IMG/VR virus record: IMGVR_UViG_3300020050_007300
Span: 1-64,000 of that record
Reading direction: 5' to 3' (one strand)
DNA: 64,000 bases
From: a virus
Taxonomy: Duplodnaviria > Caudoviricetes
Positions 1-9,416 of this stretch are shown here, one piece after another. The notes under the pieces were generated by a model. The model had not been told where the DNA came from. It did no database searches and saw nothing but the letters and a program-made list of their open reading frames with translations. Position 1 is the first letter of the stretch, and each line of letters begins with the position of its first letter. The translations under genes and the position numbers were made by a program.

Positions 1-87
1 CCTTCTAGCTACCGTACATGGTTGCTAGAACAGGCAGACATTGGACGTGACCTTCGGTTCACGTTGGAAAAGTTGAAGAACATTTAA
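1..87 (+). CDS. C-terminal fragment of a probable ExoX-like 3'-5' exonuclease (partial, 5' end outside window)
   Basis: Frame 1 reads PSSYRTWLLEQADIGRDLRFTLEKLKNI*, resembling the C-terminus of exonuclease X (..YLRWL....LRLTL..); ends just before the GGAG RBS of the next gene. Confidence 0.4.
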   Translation, partial: PSSYRTWLLEQADIGRDLRFTLEKLKNI

Positions 88-97
88 GGAGTAAGCA

Positions 98-448
98 ATG
101 GAAATCATTTTTGAAGACATGGTTCGTGGTTTGAAGAAGCCTGGAGCAAGCATTCTGGCGACACTTACGCCAGAAAGCACTGACCTTCTGCACATGGCAG
201 TCGGTGTGTCGGGAGAAGCAGGGGAGCTGCTGGATGCTGTGAAAAAGTTCACAGTCTACAACAAGCCTCTGGACCGCCTGAACGTGGTGGAGGAACTCGG
301 AGACCTGGAGTTTTACATGGAGGGTGTGCGTCAAAGTCTGGGCATTACACGCCAAGAGACGATTGACGGCAACATCGAAAAACTTGGTAAGCGCTACGCT
401 GCAGGGTACTCTGACAAGGCTGCTCAGGAACGCGCAGACAAACAGTAA
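98..448 (+). CDS. MazG-like nucleoside triphosphate pyrophosphohydrolase
   Basis: GEAGELLDAVKK and EELGDLEFY acidic helices, ..NIEKLGKRY tail; AGGAG RBS. Confidence 0.85.
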   Translation: MEIIFEDMVRGLKKPGASILATLTPESTDLLHMAVGVSGEAGELLDAVKKFTVYNKPLDRLNVVEELGDLEFYMEGVRQSLGITRQETIDGNIEKLGKRYAAGYSDKAAQERADKQ

Positions 449-451
449 CAA

Positions 452-469
452 AAAGGCCTTCGGGCCTTT
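452..469 (+). terminator. Small hairpin, possible intrinsic terminator or attenuator
   Basis: AAAGGCC-TTCG-GGCCTTT, 7-bp stem with UUCG loop just after the stop of the MazG-like gene; short U tract. Confidence 0.45.
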
Positions 470-484
470 ACTATTGGAGAGACT

Positions 485-1012
485 ATGTTAATTGGGTTGA
501 CAGGTAGAGCGGGCGCAGGCAAAGACACAGTAGCTGACATTCTGGTAGCTGAGCACGGGTTTAAGAAGTACAGCTTTGCGGGGCCGCTCAAGCAGGCACT
601 AGCTGTTGTGGGTATTGTAGAGCCTGCAGACAGGGCGCTCAAAGAGCTGCCAATCCCTGGCAGGGGCTACAGCTACCGCAAGGCCGCGCAGACACTGGGT
701 ACAGAGTGGGCGAGAAACCTTGACAGTGAGTTTTGGCTCAACCTAGCCAACGACAAAGTTCCTGACGGAGAGAATTGGGTCATCTCTGACGTTAGGTTTG
801 AGAACGAAGTTCAGTGGGTTAGAAACCGAAACGGTTCCGTGTGGCATGTGACAGGTAGGGCAGTGAAGCTGGCAGACGGTCAGGCTACACACTCTTCTGA
901 GACACCGTTGCCCATCAAGTGTGGGGACTTCATTGTCTACAACGAAGGCACAATGAAAATGCTCGCCGAAGATGTAGCTGACTATTTGAATACGTTAGGG
1001 GTAAACACATGA
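485..1012 (+). CDS. Deoxynucleoside monophosphate kinase (T4 gp1-like)
   Basis: N-terminal P-loop GRAGAGKDT, SFAGPLK, LGTEW, VISDVRFENE motifs. Confidence 0.9.
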   Translation: MLIGLTGRAGAGKDTVADILVAEHGFKKYSFAGPLKQALAVVGIVEPADRALKELPIPGRGYSYRKAAQTLGTEWARNLDSEFWLNLANDKVPDGENWVISDVRFENEVQWVRNRNGSVWHVTGRAVKLADGQATHSSETPLPIKCGDFIVYNEGTMKMLAEDVADYLNTLGVNT

Positions 1013-4000
1013 AGCTGCTGATAGACCTGTCATCCGTTGTCTGGACCTGCCTTTCTGCAGGCACTGACCCAGAAGGTGTCACCGTAGAGTTCGGTGACAA
1101 GCTCGTCACTGTTAACACCGCAGCTTATGGCTACGAGTTTGTAGTTAACTCTCTCAAAGCTTCCCTGGATAAGCGAAACCTTACACCAATGGACATGGTG
1201 CTGGTTGTGGAGGGTATGAACTCCAAGGCGCCAAGGTTGATGATCGACAAAGACTACAAACAAGGTCGAGACAGACCTGTGGAGGCTTACCAAGAGTTTT
1301 GCAAGTTGCGCGACGAGGTTGTGGAGTTGTTCAGAAACCTCGGCGCTATAGCTGTTCAGCAAGACAACTGCGAGTCTGATGATGTGCTGGGGTGGTTCGC
1401 CGAGAACACCAAAGAGGACCTTGACATTGACTCTCGTGACGGAGACATTGCCGTGCTTAACGGTGTGAACCAGCACGGCGCAAGGGTCACGGTTAGCGGC
1501 GGGGCTAACGAGCCGGGTGTTAACAAGTACGGCCTGTTCCCCTGCAAATACATCAGCTTGTACAAGGCTATGGTGGGTGACCCTGGTGACAAGATTACTG
1601 GCATCAAGGGGTTCGGTAAGGCCAAGTGGTTGGACTTTGACCGAGAGTTCGGTGAGGAAGGCATGGCCGAGATGGTCAGGTTGGCAGAACTTGGTAACCT
1701 GGAAGAGTTGGCCCTGGAAGCCACCCAGAACAAGATGGTAGGGAAGCTCTACGAAGGCCGAGCAGATTTTATTAGGTCTTACAAACTTGCTAAACTGCAC
1801 CCCGAGTGGGTCAACCACTTTAAAGACCCGCTGCAATGGATGCCAGGCTTTGTGCATGGCCCGATTACAGATGGGCGGCTGAAGGCCTGGGGTGCTCAGC
1901 GACGGTTGGTGACGGCTTCCAACTGGGCCGAGTTTAAACCTTGGGCGCTGCGTGAAATGGCAAAGCGACCTTGGTATGGCCTGGACATTGAGACCACTAC
2001 CCCAGACGAATCTGACGACTGGCTGGCAGCGCAGGGTGCTGAAGACAGTGTAGATGTTATGGGCTCTACCTTAACCGGAATGTCGCTGACATTCGGCAGC
2101 AACATGCAGTTCACATGCTACGTTTCTGTAGACCACGCTGAGACGGCTAACGTGTCTAAGGCAGAACTGGCTGCATTTCTTTGTGAGATTAAGCAGCAAC
2201 CAGTCATCCACAACACAATGTTTGAAGGACCGGTCCTGTTTAACGAGATGGGAGAGTTGCTAAAGGTTCTAGGCTACGAAGGTTTTCTGCCTAATTGGTT
2301 AGACACGAAGTTAGAGGCCAGCTACGTAGATGAGAACAACAAGCTCGGTTTGAAGAACCTGTCCAAGCGCTGGTTTGGTTACGATCAGGTAGACTACCTG
2401 ACGACCACGACACTTGAGGGGCCTGCAGGCTCGATTCCACGGGGGAGGCATGTAGGCACTTTTCAGAAAGAAGTCGCAGCCGGTGTGTGGGGGGAAGAGG
2501 ACGGCGCTCAGGTATTGATTACGCCTGCAGTCTTTGAGACCTGGGACAGAGTTCGAGTGAAGATGCGTGAGTTGACAGGGCAAGAGGTGCTTGCCTATGC
2601 CTGCGACGACACACAGACATGTACAGGACTGCATAACTTCTTCAAGCTCTTCATGGAACTTGAGGGCACGTACTCCGTCTACCAGCAGGTAGAAATTTCA
2701 GCCTCCTATCTTCACGCACAAAGCTTTGTTAGCGGAGTAAAGTTAGACTTAGCTAAGTTGCAGGTTTTGCTAGCAGAGGACAAGGTGACATACGAGGAAG
2801 CCAAGGTGACGTTGGACGCGTACCTTGTGTCTCAGGGTTGGGCAGGCACTGTTACTCCCAGTTACACGGAAGTCACTGCAGCAAATATCAAAGAAGCCCA
2901 TCTGATAGTTTTCGGCACAGAGCTGAAGACTGCGGTGAGAACCCCGTCGAAGCTTGTCTATCTGTTGCAGCAGGAAGATAAAGCCGTATTCGCAGCAGCC
3001 TGCAGCTCCCCAGAAAAGCTGACAGAGATTGTCTCCCTGTACTTCACAGGTGAGCCTACGTTTAATCCTGGTTCTCCAAAGCAACTGCAGAATCTGTTTT
3101 ATACGGTAATGGGCCTTCCAGTCCGCGTGACGAACAAGCCTACAGACAACATGCGGGCAGCCGGTCTTAGGGTCGGTACGCCTAAGACGGACAACCTTGC
3201 TATTGCTTACGCCTTAAAAGAGTGTACAGAGGAGCAGGCAGCAGTCCTGAAAGCTTTGCGGTTGATGAAGATGGTGGAGACTCGGAGAGGCCTGTACTAT
3301 GAGCCTTACCCAAAGTTTCTGCACTGGAAGACTGGGAAAGTACATAGCTCCCACAATCAGTCGGCCACTAACACCCGAAGAGCCAGCACATCGAAGCCTA
3401 ACGTACAACAACTCTCCAAAAACGAGAAAATTGAAGGGTTTTCTCCTCGTGTACGAGAATTGTTTGTTCCCCACAAAAAGAACGCAGTTATCGTCTCACT
3501 GGACTTCTCCTCACAAGAGATTCTGCTGATGGCGGGGTGGAGCAGAGACCCAGAGCTTGTCGCGCTGTTTGTGGGGGACAACCCTAAAGACATGCACGCC
3601 ATCACAGGGTGTGGAATTTTTAATGCAGGCATTATTGGAGGACCCCCACTAACTTACACAGAATTCGTGGAGATTCTGAAAGACCCAGAAGGTTCACAGT
3701 ACGCTAGAGCAAAGGCCTGCCGTGCTCTAGGGAAAGCTGTTAACTTCGGTAGTCAGTACAGAATTGCAGCAAAAAAACTGTCGTCAATGCTGTTTGTGAC
3801 AGAATCAGAAGCGCAGCTGATGCTGGACGCAAAGGCTGACGCTTTCCCTGTGGCAGAAGAGTGGTCCCAGGCAGAAATGCGCAGGGCAAAACACGAGGGA
3901 GTTGTGGAAACCATGCTAGGGGCCAGGCGACACCTTGGCTACGCCCTTAACTCGTCCGACCCAATCATTTCTGGCAAGGCTGAGAGGCAGGCGATCAGTT

Positions 4001-4320
4001 ACCGAATTCAAGGTAGCGCAGCAGAGCAAACAAAACTTGCTGAGGGCAGGATGTGGGATCAGAGATTAGTACAGAAATTTGACTGTGAGTTCATAGCTCC
4101 TGTTCATGATGAGTGCGTATTCTCTGTAGCGGTCGATGACGTGTTTGAGTTTCTGCCTGCAGCCCATGCGTGCATGGTGGCTAAGTATGCTAACATGGAC
4201 TTGCCTGTCAAGTCCTCTATCAGCATCGGCAGAGACTTCGGAGGGCAGAAAGAAATAGGTAACTATCCTACGCGAGAAGCGATTACTAAGGGTTTGTTGG
4301 AGTTAGGTTTTAATGTTTAA
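1009..4320 (+). CDS. polA: Family A DNA polymerase with N-terminal 5'-3' exonuclease, 3'-5' exonuclease and polymerase domains
   Basis: 5'-exo H3TH motif GDPGDKITGIKGFG; ExoI DIET, ExoIII YACDD; motif A DFSSQE, motif B RALGKAVNFGSQY, motif C VHDE. Confidence 0.95.
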   Translation: MKLLIDLSSVVWTCLSAGTDPEGVTVEFGDKLVTVNTAAYGYEFVVNSLKASLDKRNLTPMDMVLVVEGMNSKAPRLMIDKDYKQGRDRPVEAYQEFCKLRDEVVELFRNLGAIAVQQDNCESDDVLGWFAENTKEDLDIDSRDGDIAVLNGVNQHGARVTVSGGANEPGVNKYGLFPCKYISLYKAMVGDPGDKITGIKGFGKAKWLDFDREFGEEGMAEMVRLAELGNLEELALEATQNKMVGKLYEGRADFIRSYKLAKLHPEWVNHFKDPLQWMPGFVHGPITDGRLKAWGAQRRLVTASNWAEFKPWALREMAKRPWYGLDIETTTPDESDDWLAAQGAEDSVDVMGSTLTGMSLTFGSNMQFTCYVSVDHAETANVSKAELAAFLCEIKQQPVIHNTMFEGPVLFNEMGELLKVLGYEGFLPNWLDTKLEASYVDENNKLGLKNLSKRWFGYDQVDYLTTTTLEGPAGSIPRGRHVGTFQKEVAAGVWGEEDGAQVLITPAVFETWDRVRVKMRELTGQEVLAYACDDTQTCTGLHNFFKLFMELEGTYSVYQQVEISASYLHAQSFVSGVKLDLAKLQVLLAEDKVTYEEAKVTLDAYLVSQGWAGTVTPSYTEVTAANIKEAHLIVFGTELKTAVRTPSKLVYLLQQEDKAVFAAACSSPEKLTEIVSLYFTGEPTFNPGSPKQLQNLFYTVMGLPVRVTNKPTDNMRAAGLRVGTPKTDNLAIAYALKECTEEQAAVLKALRLMKMVETRRGLYYEPYPKFLHWKTGKVHSSHNQSATNTRRASTSKPNVQQLSKNEKIEGFSPRVRELFVPHKKNAVIVSLDFSSQEILLMAGWSRDPELVALFVGDNPKDMHAITGCGIFNAGIIGGPPLTYTEFVEILKDPEGSQYARAKACRALGKAVNFGSQYRIAAKKLSSMLFVTESEAQLMLDAKADAFPVAEEWSQAEMRRAKHEGVVETMLGARRHLGYALNSSDPIISGKAERQAISYRIQGSAAEQTKLAEGRMWDQRLVQKFDCEFIAPVHDECVFSVAVDDVFEFLPAAHACMVAKYANMDLPVKSSISIGRDFGGQKEIGNYPTREAITKGLLELGFNV

Positions 4321-4332
4321 GAAAGAAACAAA

Positions 4333-5175
4333 ATGATCGAAGTAAAAGTAATTGCAGCCTCTGTAGCGCACCACGGCAAACCCCTGTACGCACTGCAGTG
4401 CAAGTACCACAGGTTCATTCACGGAGAAGTGATGACGCACAGAGTTTTCTCACGCAACGCCATGAGCAGTCGGGCAGTACCCGTAAAGGTTATGCTAAAG
4501 CAGGTCTGGAATGACCCCGCTATGCCTGTCCACTGGGGTCAGAACCAGCCAGGGATGCAGGCACACAGCCAGCTTTCAGGCTGGAAAAAGTCAGCGGCGG
4601 TATCTGTGTGGAAAGGTGCGGCGCGGGCGGCAGTCTGCTTTGCCTGGACCCTGGACAAGCTTGGGCTGGCGAAGCAGGTAGCCAATCGAATCCTGGAGCC
4701 TTGGCAGTGGATGCATACAATCATCTCCTCTACCGAGTGGGACAACTTCTTTGAGCTGCGTGACCACCCTGACGCACAGCCTGAGTTTCAGGTGTTGGCT
4801 AAAGCGATGAAGATAGCTATAGACGAATGCATTCCGGAAATACGGGAAAGAGTGGCTGTTACCTACCACCTAGAGAAAGGGCACCTACACCTCCCTTATG
4901 TTACGGAGGAAGAACGAACAGCACTCACCGTTCAAACACTGTTAGAGGTTAGCGCAGCTCGCTGTGCAAGAGTGTCGTACCTGACACACGACAAAAAAGT
5001 ACCGTCCGTAGAGGCAGATAAGGCTTTGTACCAAAGACTTGTGGGTTCTGCCCCTCTGCACGCAAGTCCTGTAGAACACCAGGCGTGGCCCGCGCTACGA
5101 CCAGAGACCGCCTCCGGTAACTTCCGGGGTTGGGTGCAGGCTCGTCACAGTATCTTTTCACATGTCAACCGCTAA
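4333..5175 (+). CDS. thyX: Flavin-dependent thymidylate synthase (ThyX/Thy1), phage type
   Basis: THRVFSRNAMSSRA signature, SAARCARVSY and HASPVEHQA motifs. Confidence 0.85.
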   Translation: MIEVKVIAASVAHHGKPLYALQCKYHRFIHGEVMTHRVFSRNAMSSRAVPVKVMLKQVWNDPAMPVHWGQNQPGMQAHSQLSGWKKSAAVSVWKGAARAAVCFAWTLDKLGLAKQVANRILEPWQWMHTIISSTEWDNFFELRDHPDAQPEFQVLAKAMKIAIDECIPEIRERVAVTYHLEKGHLHLPYVTEEERTALTVQTLLEVSAARCARVSYLTHDKKVPSVEADKALYQRLVGSAPLHASPVEHQAWPALRPETASGNFRGWVQARHSIFSHVNR

Positions 5176-5572
5176 CAGAGGCAAAGTAGCTGAAAAGCTC
5201 CTGCAGAAACACCTGCAGGAGCTTTGTACGTCACAGAAGCGGGCATACTACCGCTTCCCAGACATGATGGCTGGGTCTAGGCAGCCTACACTCTGTGACT
5301 ATCTGTTCCTGGATAACGGGAAACCGTATATGATTGAGTGCAAAGAGACTCAACACGATTACAGACTACCGTACGGCAACTTTGATGCAGCCCAGGTAGG
5401 AAGGATGCGGCTGCTAGAAATGGCAGGAGCACAAGGATTGGTACTTGTTTACCACAGTGGGATAAAATTGTGGAGGGGTTACGGACTGTCAAGGTTTGTA
5501 GATCGTAGCGTAGGTGGTAGTTGGGATTTGCGAGACACAGAACCTAAAACTTTGAAAGAACTTCTAGTATGA
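5162..5572 (+). CDS. RecU-like Holliday junction resolvase (PD-(D/E)xK nuclease)
   Basis: GKVAE...CDY...IECKET catalytic pattern; sits beside the recombination nuclease genes. Confidence 0.7.
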   Translation: MSTANRGKVAEKLLQKHLQELCTSQKRAYYRFPDMMAGSRQPTLCDYLFLDNGKPYMIECKETQHDYRLPYGNFDAAQVGRMRLLEMAGAQGLVLVYHSGIKLWRGYGLSRFVDRSVGGSWDLRDTEPKTLKELLV

Positions 5573-6576
5573 AACTGACTATTCTTAACGACGTACACTT
5601 GGGGGCAAGCCGCTCCGCAGGTACCACCCCAGCTACTCAGCAACAGCTCAAGCAGCATCTGCAAACTTCTTTCGAGGCTCTACTACCTGAGTCAGACTTG
5701 ATGATTCTGGGGGACCTCATGGACAAGGGTACGATTTCTGCTGCAGATTTATTGCCAGTGTTTACAGGTCTCTCCTCGTGGCTTGTAAAGGGTCACCGTC
5801 TTTGGTTAGTAGCAGGCAACCACGACTTAACAAGGACTTCCACGGACCTGTCAAGCTTTGACTTGTTGTGCTCACTACTCTTAAGGCTGTACCCAGACAC
5901 AGTTACAGTTGTCAAAGGTGGCGGAGTAATGACCGACTATGGTTACGTTATCCCGCACGTAGCTAACCAAGACCTCTTCGATCTGGAGATGGCTAAAGTC
6001 CCCGAGTGTGACTATCTGTTTGTTCACGTCAACATTGACAATCACTTCGCAGCGCAAAGCGACCAGTCTCTCAACCTCTGTAAAGACCAGATTGTTGCGT
6101 GCAAAGCCAAGCAGGTTGTTTGTGCTCACGAACATGACCTACGGACATTCGGCAAAGTCACTATTCCCGGCAACCAGATTGCCTCGTCTGTCTCTGATTG
6201 GCTCAACCCCAGTGACAAGTTCTTTGTGGAGATTGAAGATGGAGTGCTGCAACTTGTGAAGTGTGCTGATCGTGACGAGCAGTTTGTGCAGATGGACTGG
6301 AAAGCGTTGGCAGTCACTGACCACAAGTTCGTCCGGGTTATCGGGGCTGCCCCGGCAGACGAAAGCAGTTCGGTCCTGTCTGCCATCAACGCCCTTCGCA
6401 GGTCTCACCCCGCGTTCGTCATCACCAACGCTGTGACCGTGGTTTCTGACGAAGGTGTAGCAGTAGAGTTTGAGCAAAACCTTGAGGCTGTCCAGGCGTT
6501 CTCAGTCTGGGGAGCCTTAGCTGAAGTTCTCAGCGCAGACGAAATCAAAATACTTGAAGGATTGAAAAATGCTTAA
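5569..6576 (+). CDS. Metallophosphoesterase, SbcD/Mre11-like recombination nuclease subunit
   Basis: DVHLG, GDLMD, GNHD, AHEH calcineurin-like motifs; adjacent to an SbcC-like ATPase. Confidence 0.85.
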   Translation: MKLTILNDVHLGASRSAGTTPATQQQLKQHLQTSFEALLPESDLMILGDLMDKGTISAADLLPVFTGLSSWLVKGHRLWLVAGNHDLTRTSTDLSSFDLLCSLLLRLYPDTVTVVKGGGVMTDYGYVIPHVANQDLFDLEMAKVPECDYLFVHVNIDNHFAAQSDQSLNLCKDQIVACKAKQVVCAHEHDLRTFGKVTIPGNQIASSVSDWLNPSDKFFVEIEDGVLQLVKCADRDEQFVQMDWKALAVTDHKFVRVIGAAPADESSSVLSAINALRRSHPAFVITNAVTVVSDEGVAVEFEQNLEAVQAFSVWGALAEVLSADEIKILEGLKNA

Positions 6577-8638
6577 GAACCTAGAACTCACGAACTTCAA
6601 GAAGCATGAGAACCTGTCGCTGAGTTTTACTGCGGGCTTAAACGTCATGAGAGGGCGTAGTGAGGCTGGTAAGAGTTCGGTGAATGAGGCTATCGGCTAC
6701 GCTTTTTACGGGACTAAGGCTTTGCCTATGTCCTTAGATGAGACGGTCACATGGGGTAAGCCTACAAACACCTTGAAGGTTGCTTTGGAGTTCAGTCACA
6801 CAGGAGTTGACTACAAGATCAGTCGTAGCAAGTCCGGTGCGGAACTGTCGTCACAGGGTTTGCTGGTATCCGGCCAGTCAGAAGTCACAGCCTACGTTGA
6901 AAGGTTGTTCAAAGTAAACGCTGCGACAGCCTCTGCCATCATGCTGGCTAACCAAGGTCAGGTCCGTGGAGCGTTAGATGGAGGGGCAGTCCCACTAATC
7001 GAAAAGCTGTCTGACCTTGGGCTGATCGACAGCCTCGTGACACTTGTGCAGGACAACTTGCCATGTGGAAGCACTAAACAACTGGAGCTTAAAGTTGTAG
7101 AACTTGGCAGAGACTTGGTGCAACCGACACTGAATGTGGCAGCGGAAGAAGCTGCAGTGAGCGCAGCTCAACAGGTATTGAGCCAGGCAGCAGACGTACT
7201 TGCCCAGATTGAAGAGCAGTCGCTGGAAGCTGAGGCGAAAATTTCTCAAGCAAACCTGCGGAAAGCTGCAGTGCAGAAAAGTCTAGTTGCAGGGTGGGCT
7301 CGGCAAAAAGCAGACCTAGAGGCAGCGGTAGCTGAGCCACTGCTGCCGGTTGTGGACCTAACCTCGCTAGAAAAAGAAGCATCTGAAGCCGCAGAAGCAG
7401 CGCTACGTCGCAAGGCTCACGCTGCCTGGACCGGCACGTTCCCCCAAGGTCTGTTACACCTGGACAGAACTACTGTAGCAGCAGACCTCAAGAGAGTTAG
7501 TGCGGCAAAGGCAGCAGCAGTCAAGGCTAAGTCTTTGCGGGTTACAGAGAGTGCAGTTGTGAAGGCTTCGGGTATCTACGACGAGTCCTGCGCTTTGTGC
7601 GGTAAGTTGTTGCAGGATGTGCCAGAAGTTGTGGCGGTTAACGAAAAGACTGCAGCAAGACTCAAAGAGCTTGCGGTGGAGATAGCAGAACTTGAAGAAA
7701 TTTTCTTGCAGTCGGAGCAGTCTGAAAAAGAGCTGTTAGCGCTAGAGACTTTCGATCAGCGTTTTCTGCGGTTGGTGGACCAGCACTCGACTTACCTAAC
7801 CCTGGACACCAGCAAGATTCCCTTGGTGGTGGGCTGGAATCCCGAAATCCCTGCGCCCGACCTGTCAAGTGGTCCTGCCCCTGACTACCCGGCTCTGCTG
7901 GCTGCTGGCCGGAAGAGCAGCACCAAAGCCATCCAACACAACGCCGCAATTACTGCAGCCGCAGAAAGCCTTCAAAAGCTGCATCTCCACATAGCAGCTA
8001 CAGAGCTGGTAGCCTACGACGAAGAAAAAGACGCAGCAGTAATCAAGGCAGCTGAAGACAAGGCTTCTGACATTCGCAAGGCAACTGCCGCAGTCTCCGT
8101 CGCAAGGGTTGCTTTCGCAGATGCTCAGTTTGCTTTGAAGTCCGCAACCTTGAGTTACGAGCGTGCTGTAACTGCTTGGAAAGACAAAGTCGCAGCACTT
8201 GCCGAAGCCAAAGTTTCCCTTGATAGCTACAACACACATAACGGTATCATCAAGAAATTGCGGGATGCCCGCCCAGTGGTTGCTAAGAAGCTGTGGAACC
8301 TAGTGCTTGCTTCTGTGTCTCAACACTTCAGCACCATCCGTGGAGCAGCAAGCGTCGTTACACGGGTTGACAACGGGTTCATGATCGACAGCAAGCCTGT
8401 CGCAGCTTACAGTGGGTCCACCAAGGATAGTCTAGGCCTTGCTATTCGGATTGCCTTGCAGAAGACATTCTTGGGTAACATAGGCTTTCTTATCGTGGAT
8501 GAGCCTGCGTCTGGCTGTGACGCAGACAGGGAGACGGATATGCTGGGTGTACTGGTGTCGGCGGGTTACGACCAAGTGCTACTCGTAACTCATAGTTCGT
8601 TGGGTGATGTATTCGCGGCAAACTTAGTGGAGCTTTAA
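6569..8638 (+). CDS. SbcC/Rad50-like recombination ATPase
   Basis: Walker A GRSEAGKSS, coiled coil with CALC zinc hook, signature YSGS, Walker B LIVDEP, LLVTH. Confidence 0.9.
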   Translation: MLKNLELTNFKKHENLSLSFTAGLNVMRGRSEAGKSSVNEAIGYAFYGTKALPMSLDETVTWGKPTNTLKVALEFSHTGVDYKISRSKSGAELSSQGLLVSGQSEVTAYVERLFKVNAATASAIMLANQGQVRGALDGGAVPLIEKLSDLGLIDSLVTLVQDNLPCGSTKQLELKVVELGRDLVQPTLNVAAEEAAVSAAQQVLSQAADVLAQIEEQSLEAEAKISQANLRKAAVQKSLVAGWARQKADLEAAVAEPLLPVVDLTSLEKEASEAAEAALRRKAHAAWTGTFPQGLLHLDRTTVAADLKRVSAAKAAAVKAKSLRVTESAVVKASGIYDESCALCGKLLQDVPEVVAVNEKTAARLKELAVEIAELEEIFLQSEQSEKELLALETFDQRFLRLVDQHSTYLTLDTSKIPLVVGWNPEIPAPDLSSGPAPDYPALLAAGRKSSTKAIQHNAAITAAAESLQKLHLHIAATELVAYDEEKDAAVIKAAEDKASDIRKATAAVSVARVAFADAQFALKSATLSYERAVTAWKDKVAALAEAKVSLDSYNTHNGIIKKLRDARPVVAKKLWNLVLASVSQHFSTIRGAASVVTRVDNGFMIDSKPVAAYSGSTKDSLGLAIRIALQKTFLGNIGFLIVDEPASGCDADRETDMLGVLVSAGYDQVLLVTHSSLGDVFAANLVEL

Positions 8639-9232
8639 ATGGAAAGAGAAGTAAGATATTTAGTGCTGAAAGCTACCGATGCAATCAGAGCTCTTGACGC
8701 AGAAGAGCTTGACACCTTGCTGCGACTAGGCGTGAAAGTTGAGGCCTGCAGGCTGAAGGCAGGCAAGCCTCTTCTGGAGTGCGTGGTAGTCGAAAAAGAC
8801 TGGCCTGAGTTTGACTCTGTGTGGCAGGCTCTAGAGGCTAGGTGTGACCAAGGTAAGCCACCACCTTCGACGGTGGCACAAAAAGGAACTTTAATGCGTA
8901 TTCATACAGATCACAACGGCGTATATGTAAACGCCATCTCTGCTCTGTCAGACGGGACGAACGTGGCAGGGCACGTTTACACGGCGGTGGCAGGGGCGAA
9001 TGTCACAGATGTAAGGTTTCAGATGGGAGGCGTAGCTGACAACGGGGTCAATGGCTTGACCAACGAAGCTTTGCTGGCGATTCTGATTCACCGCACAAAG
9101 CTGCTGGACAACAAGTTCGGCTGCGACGAAAACAAGCGGGCTATCCAGCACATGGAAGAGGCACTTGTGAATCTGGAGGTTCGTAGCGCGAGGCGAATCG
9201 TGCGAGGAGTAGAAGGCAAGGAAGTCGCCTAA
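8639..9232 (+). CDS. tad1: Two-domain protein: unknown ~70-aa N-terminal phage domain fused to a C-terminal Tad1 (Thoeris/CBASS signal sponge) domain; internal in-frame start at 8894
   Basis: C-terminal GHVY..VRFQMG..NGVNGL..LLAILIHR..F..DEN..A..HMEEAL..R..RR..RGVEG matches the Tad1 pattern; internal AAGGA-N6-ATG at 8883-8896. Confidence 0.8.
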   Translation: MEREVRYLVLKATDAIRALDAEELDTLLRLGVKVEACRLKAGKPLLECVVVEKDWPEFDSVWQALEARCDQGKPPPSTVAQKGTLMRIHTDHNGVYVNAISALSDGTNVAGHVYTAVAGANVTDVRFQMGGVADNGVNGLTNEALLAILIHRTKLLDNKFGCDENKRAIQHMEEALVNLEVRSARRIVRGVEGKEVA

Positions 9233-9390
9233 TGCTGTTCCTTGTTCTTTCTGTAGCTATCTGTCTGGGCGGTTGGTGGTTTATCTCTTACACAGACAGG
9301 CGTGACATGGAAGAGGCGGAGAGGGAAGCCCATAAGCATGTCTGCGGCAAGAACTGTAGACCCCCTCCTGACTACAGGCAGCCAGAGTAA
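9232..9390 (+). CDS. Small single-pass membrane protein (52 aa), not in the ORF track
   Basis: TAATG overlap with the previous stop; MLFLVLSVAICLGGWWFISY hydrophobic N-terminus; ends at the palindromic terminator. Confidence 0.6.
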   Translation: MLFLVLSVAICLGGWWFISYTDRRDMEEAEREAHKHVCGKNCRPPPDYRQPE

Positions 9391-9416
9391 TAAAGGGAGC
9401 CTAGGCTCCCTTTATT
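9389..9416. terminator. Bidirectional intrinsic terminator between the convergent replication and lysis modules
   Basis: Perfect 28-bp palindrome AATAAAGGGAGCCTAGGCTCCCTTTATT at the convergence point. Confidence 0.85.

Noticed and set aside
98-5175. Modified-base (e.g. Z-genome or hmU) pathway suggested by MazG-like, dNMP kinase, ThyX and divergent PolA
   Set aside because: No PurZ, DatZ, hydroxymethylase, deaminase or glycosyltransferase in the window; these four genes are common in ordinary lytic phages. The rest of the genome is unseen, so this is not fully excluded
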